From positions 1-40,867 of the forward strand of contig CAXHJY010001265.1 in the NCBI GenBank assembly GCA_964016885.1: a stretch of DNA of 40,867 nt. The letters are read 5' to 3'. Source of the stretch: Eledone cirrhosa. Taxonomy: Eukaryota. This document shows positions 37,973 through 40,867 of the stretch, one piece after another. The translations under genes and the position numbers were made by a program. Below the pieces are notes generated by a model. That model searched no databases, had not been told where the DNA came from, and saw nothing but the letters and a program-made list of their open reading frames with translations. Position 1 is the first letter of the stretch, and each line of letters opens with the position of its first letter.

Positions 37973-38365
37973 GTTTGTACTTTGGCACAAGGCCAGCAAA
38001 TTATCCCAGTACATTACTGGTACTTTATTTTATCGACCCCGTAAGGATGAAAGGCAAAGTTAACCTCAGCGGGATTTGAACTCAGACCGTAAAGGGACGT
38101 AAATATGCTGCAAAATGTGTGTGTGTGTGATTATAATGTACCATTACCACCTGTATAGAAACGAACGTAGATATAAAAAAATGGATTTAATTTGATAACC
38201 TTGGCTCTCTTCATTGTCGAATAGAATGCTTTACGGTATTCATCTTTGCTCTCTCAGTTCAAATTCCGCCGAGGCCAACTTTGCCTTTCATCCTTTTGAG
38301 GTCGATGAAATAAAGTACCAGTAATTCCTGAGATAATTGCTGGCCTTGTGCCAAAAGTACAAACG
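37761..38365. mobile_element. Three 5'-truncated SINE copies (37761-37898 -, 37969-38112 -, 38254-38365 +)
   Basis: Consensus B-box and tail motifs. Confidence 0.88.
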
Positions 38366-38404
<39 letters not shown>

Positions 38405-38442
38405 CATGGTCTCAGGCCCTCGACTGGAACGCACAATCTCTT

Positions 38443-38487
<45 letters not shown>

Positions 38488-39214
38488 AACTGTTTCATTG
38501 GTAAAAAAAAAAATCATTTGTAGAAGTCATCTCTATAATATAATAAATATGCCTATACTAACGTATTGAGTACTTTTTTTCTTTTCTTTTTTTAAATCTG
38601 TGGTGCCCTTCCGATATAGTGGAGCAAGACTAGAACTTGTGATTTCCTTAGAATGAAACGGTTCTAGGGCTGCAGAAGCCATATATATATAATATCGGTG
38701 GTATAAATACAGCATCTAACTTACTCAACAGATCCAGTGAATTGCAGTTACGCAGCTGCAATCACATGTTCAGTGTGCACACATTTAGTTTTACTGTAGA
38801 GCGTAGGCTGTGTTTTTAATTAGAGGTGTGTGTGTGTGTGTGTGTGAAATGGTCTCGGGTTTTTAAAAAGAGTAATTGGTGTCGTGCCAGCAAATGTAAC
38901 TTAAAGATCGATAAAATAAGTACCAGACAGGATAACTGCTAAAATGGTGCTTTGTTTCTTTGTTAGAAACCAGTCCCCCCCCCCCTTGTGTGTGTAAAAT
39001 AAATAATAGGTAACAAGCACACGCATGCAACAAGCAGGTATGCATGTGCAGACCTGAGCAGGTGGGTGCCAGCTGGGGTAGGTAGAGGGGGCTGTTCCCC
39101 TGACATTTTAGTTCTTTTGTTGTTCTTTTAAACGTAAGTATACCATGCACACTGTTGAACCTGCGCCGCTTCCGACCACGCTGGCCCATGAAATTATCTT
39201 TTATGCTAAGTATT

Positions 39215-39410
39215 CGACAGACAAGTGTAACCTTGACGTAATTCTTAGGGAGATTCAGCGTGACACTGGCCTTTTGAATTATAGGCACAACTAATTTTTG
39301 CTAGCTGAGTGGACTGCAGCAACATAAAATATAGGCCTATTTCTGTCACAACGTATCGCCGGGAATCGAACTCACGATGTTAAGATCGTCAGTTGATTAC
39401 CCTAACCCAG
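39215..39410 (-). mobile_element. CORE-like tRNA-SINE
   Basis: gggagattcagcgtgacac...agctgagtggactg...cgccgggaatcgaactcac...ccctaacc. Confidence 0.8.
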
Positions 39411-39762
39411 AAATTGGAAACAATTTCATGTTGAAAGACCACATTAAGTTACTTATAATATAATAAAGCCGCATTCAAGAAACTATAATTATATATTCTT
39501 AAAATGTTGATAGTCACTGGCGTTCAAAGCCCCCACGGGTTCTCACCAACCAGCCTCGGGTGATAGTGGCTCCAGTTAAGCAGGAATTTAATGTACATTC
39601 TAGAATCGTATTAGAACTAAAACATGAGTGTGGAAAGTGCTGAAAGGGCCCTTATGATTTATTTTTATTCTGGCTGTCAGTATGGATTATGTCGTTGAAT
39701 TTTCTTTTACTCTTTGGTAATTAAAATACCCCTCCCCCATCTTATGGTTTGAATTAAAATAA

Positions 39763-39942
39763 TTGTTTCTACTTTTGGCACAAGGCCAGCAATTATCCCA
39801 GTGTATTACTGGTACTTTATTTTATCAACCCCGTAAGGATGAAAGGCAAAGTTAACCTCGGCGGGATTTGAACTCAGACCATAAAGGGCCGTAACTCTTT
39901 GCTGCAAAGCATGGCGTCCGACCTTCTACCGATACTGCCAAT
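39763..39942 (-). mobile_element. Dominant tRNA-SINE inserted in an older repeat (TSD aataa)
   Basis: Flanks 39690-39762 and 39943-40062 join to match the uninterrupted 32682-32860. Confidence 0.9.
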
Positions 39943-40662
39943 AATAAGAGATAGACAGAAACATATTAATAAAAATTAAAAATTTGTTGGACACTTTTGA
40001 TTCTTTCAAAAAACCGCTGAGAATGGCAAAGAAGGTTGCAGGTTCCGCATGTCTGCCCTAACCAAACACTAAGCCACGCGTCTTTATTACACGATACGAT
40101 GTGATCGATACACTGCAAGGAACAAAGGGTGACAGGATGTTGGCTGATCGAACGTCCTATGTAGGCAAGTGGACTAGATTCACAGTAAAGAAAACATATC
40201 ATTTCTCAGTTAACCTTCCCACGCCCACCAATATCGAGAGAGAAGGAGAGAGAGAGAGATGTCACCTTAGCCATGATAACAAACCGCCTTTGGTTCTATG
40301 ATACAAAGGTGTTTATATTTAACTAAAAAAAAACCTTTCATATTTTTATGTAAGAACCTTTATTCAGTTATGTTCCAAATACCAGACAAATAATGAGAAA
40401 GTTATATTGTTGAGTATTTGAAAAAAAAATGAAAGGCAGTGTCTTTCATTAGGAATCTGATAACAAGAAAGACCAGGGACATTGTTAGAATGCCTTGGGA
40501 AGGCTAAACAATAACTTATTTAAAAACCAATGTAAAGGAACTTCTTAATGGTCGCACTCCTTGCTAAAAATAACAGGTATATGTCACTAGTATCGTATCC
40601 TATCATATTAAATAAATGGAATAAACATAGAGGAATTTATATTTCTTAAGTATATGTATCCT

Positions 40663-40665
<3 letters not shown>

Positions 40666-40719
<54 letters not shown>

Positions 40720-40747
40720 GCGCGCGCGCGTGCGCGCGCGCGCGCGA
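40666..40747. repeat. (GT)n(GC)n alternating purine-pyrimidine tract
   Basis: Direct reading. Confidence 0.95.
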
Positions 40748-40867
40748 TTTGTAACCCCCTATTGGAAGATGCACTAAAAACAAACCAACAATAATCTTGA
40801 TGATGAGATTGTGAAGGTCTGACAGCGTCAATAAAATGATGGACTTGGGAACTTTGTTGATTCAAAA

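Noticed and set aside
38563-38682. Minus-strand MASAALEPF...STQY followed by GTTAGT, a possible first coding exon
   Set aside because: Short, no recognisable homology; expected by chance.
38863-39288. 141-aa minus ORF with basic GRKRRR stretch
   Set aside because: Starts within a SINE and ends in a SINE fragment; no domain recognised.

Overview
AT-rich, repeat-dominated eukaryotic non-coding DNA. The SINE families and long (TA)n tracts resemble a cephalopod (Octopus-like) genome; this is inferred from recalled repeat families, not from a search. No intact protein-coding gene is evident, and nearly all ORFs in the track are translations of microsatellites or SINEs. The main hidden structure is a dense set of Penelope-like element (PLE) relics inserted in (TA)n tracts, mostly as fold-back palindromes or 1.x-mer direct repeats. 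They carry 10 recognisable type I hammerhead ribozyme motifs (CUGANGA...GAAA...NUH with base-paired stems) from about 5 sequence families. One 1.2-kb palindrome also contains the C-terminal part of a PLE GIY-YIG endonuclease (6420-6656) that the ORF track missed. A canonical full-stem hammerhead (35708-35803, minus) sits in a ~512-bp retrozyme-like unit whose two repeats differ by a 46-bp micro-inversion. Also present: about 20 copies of one tRNA-derived SINE subfamily with TSDs starting ATTAT, other SINEs, a decayed RTE-type RT fragment, several MITEs, many minisatellites, and one or two weak exon candidates.
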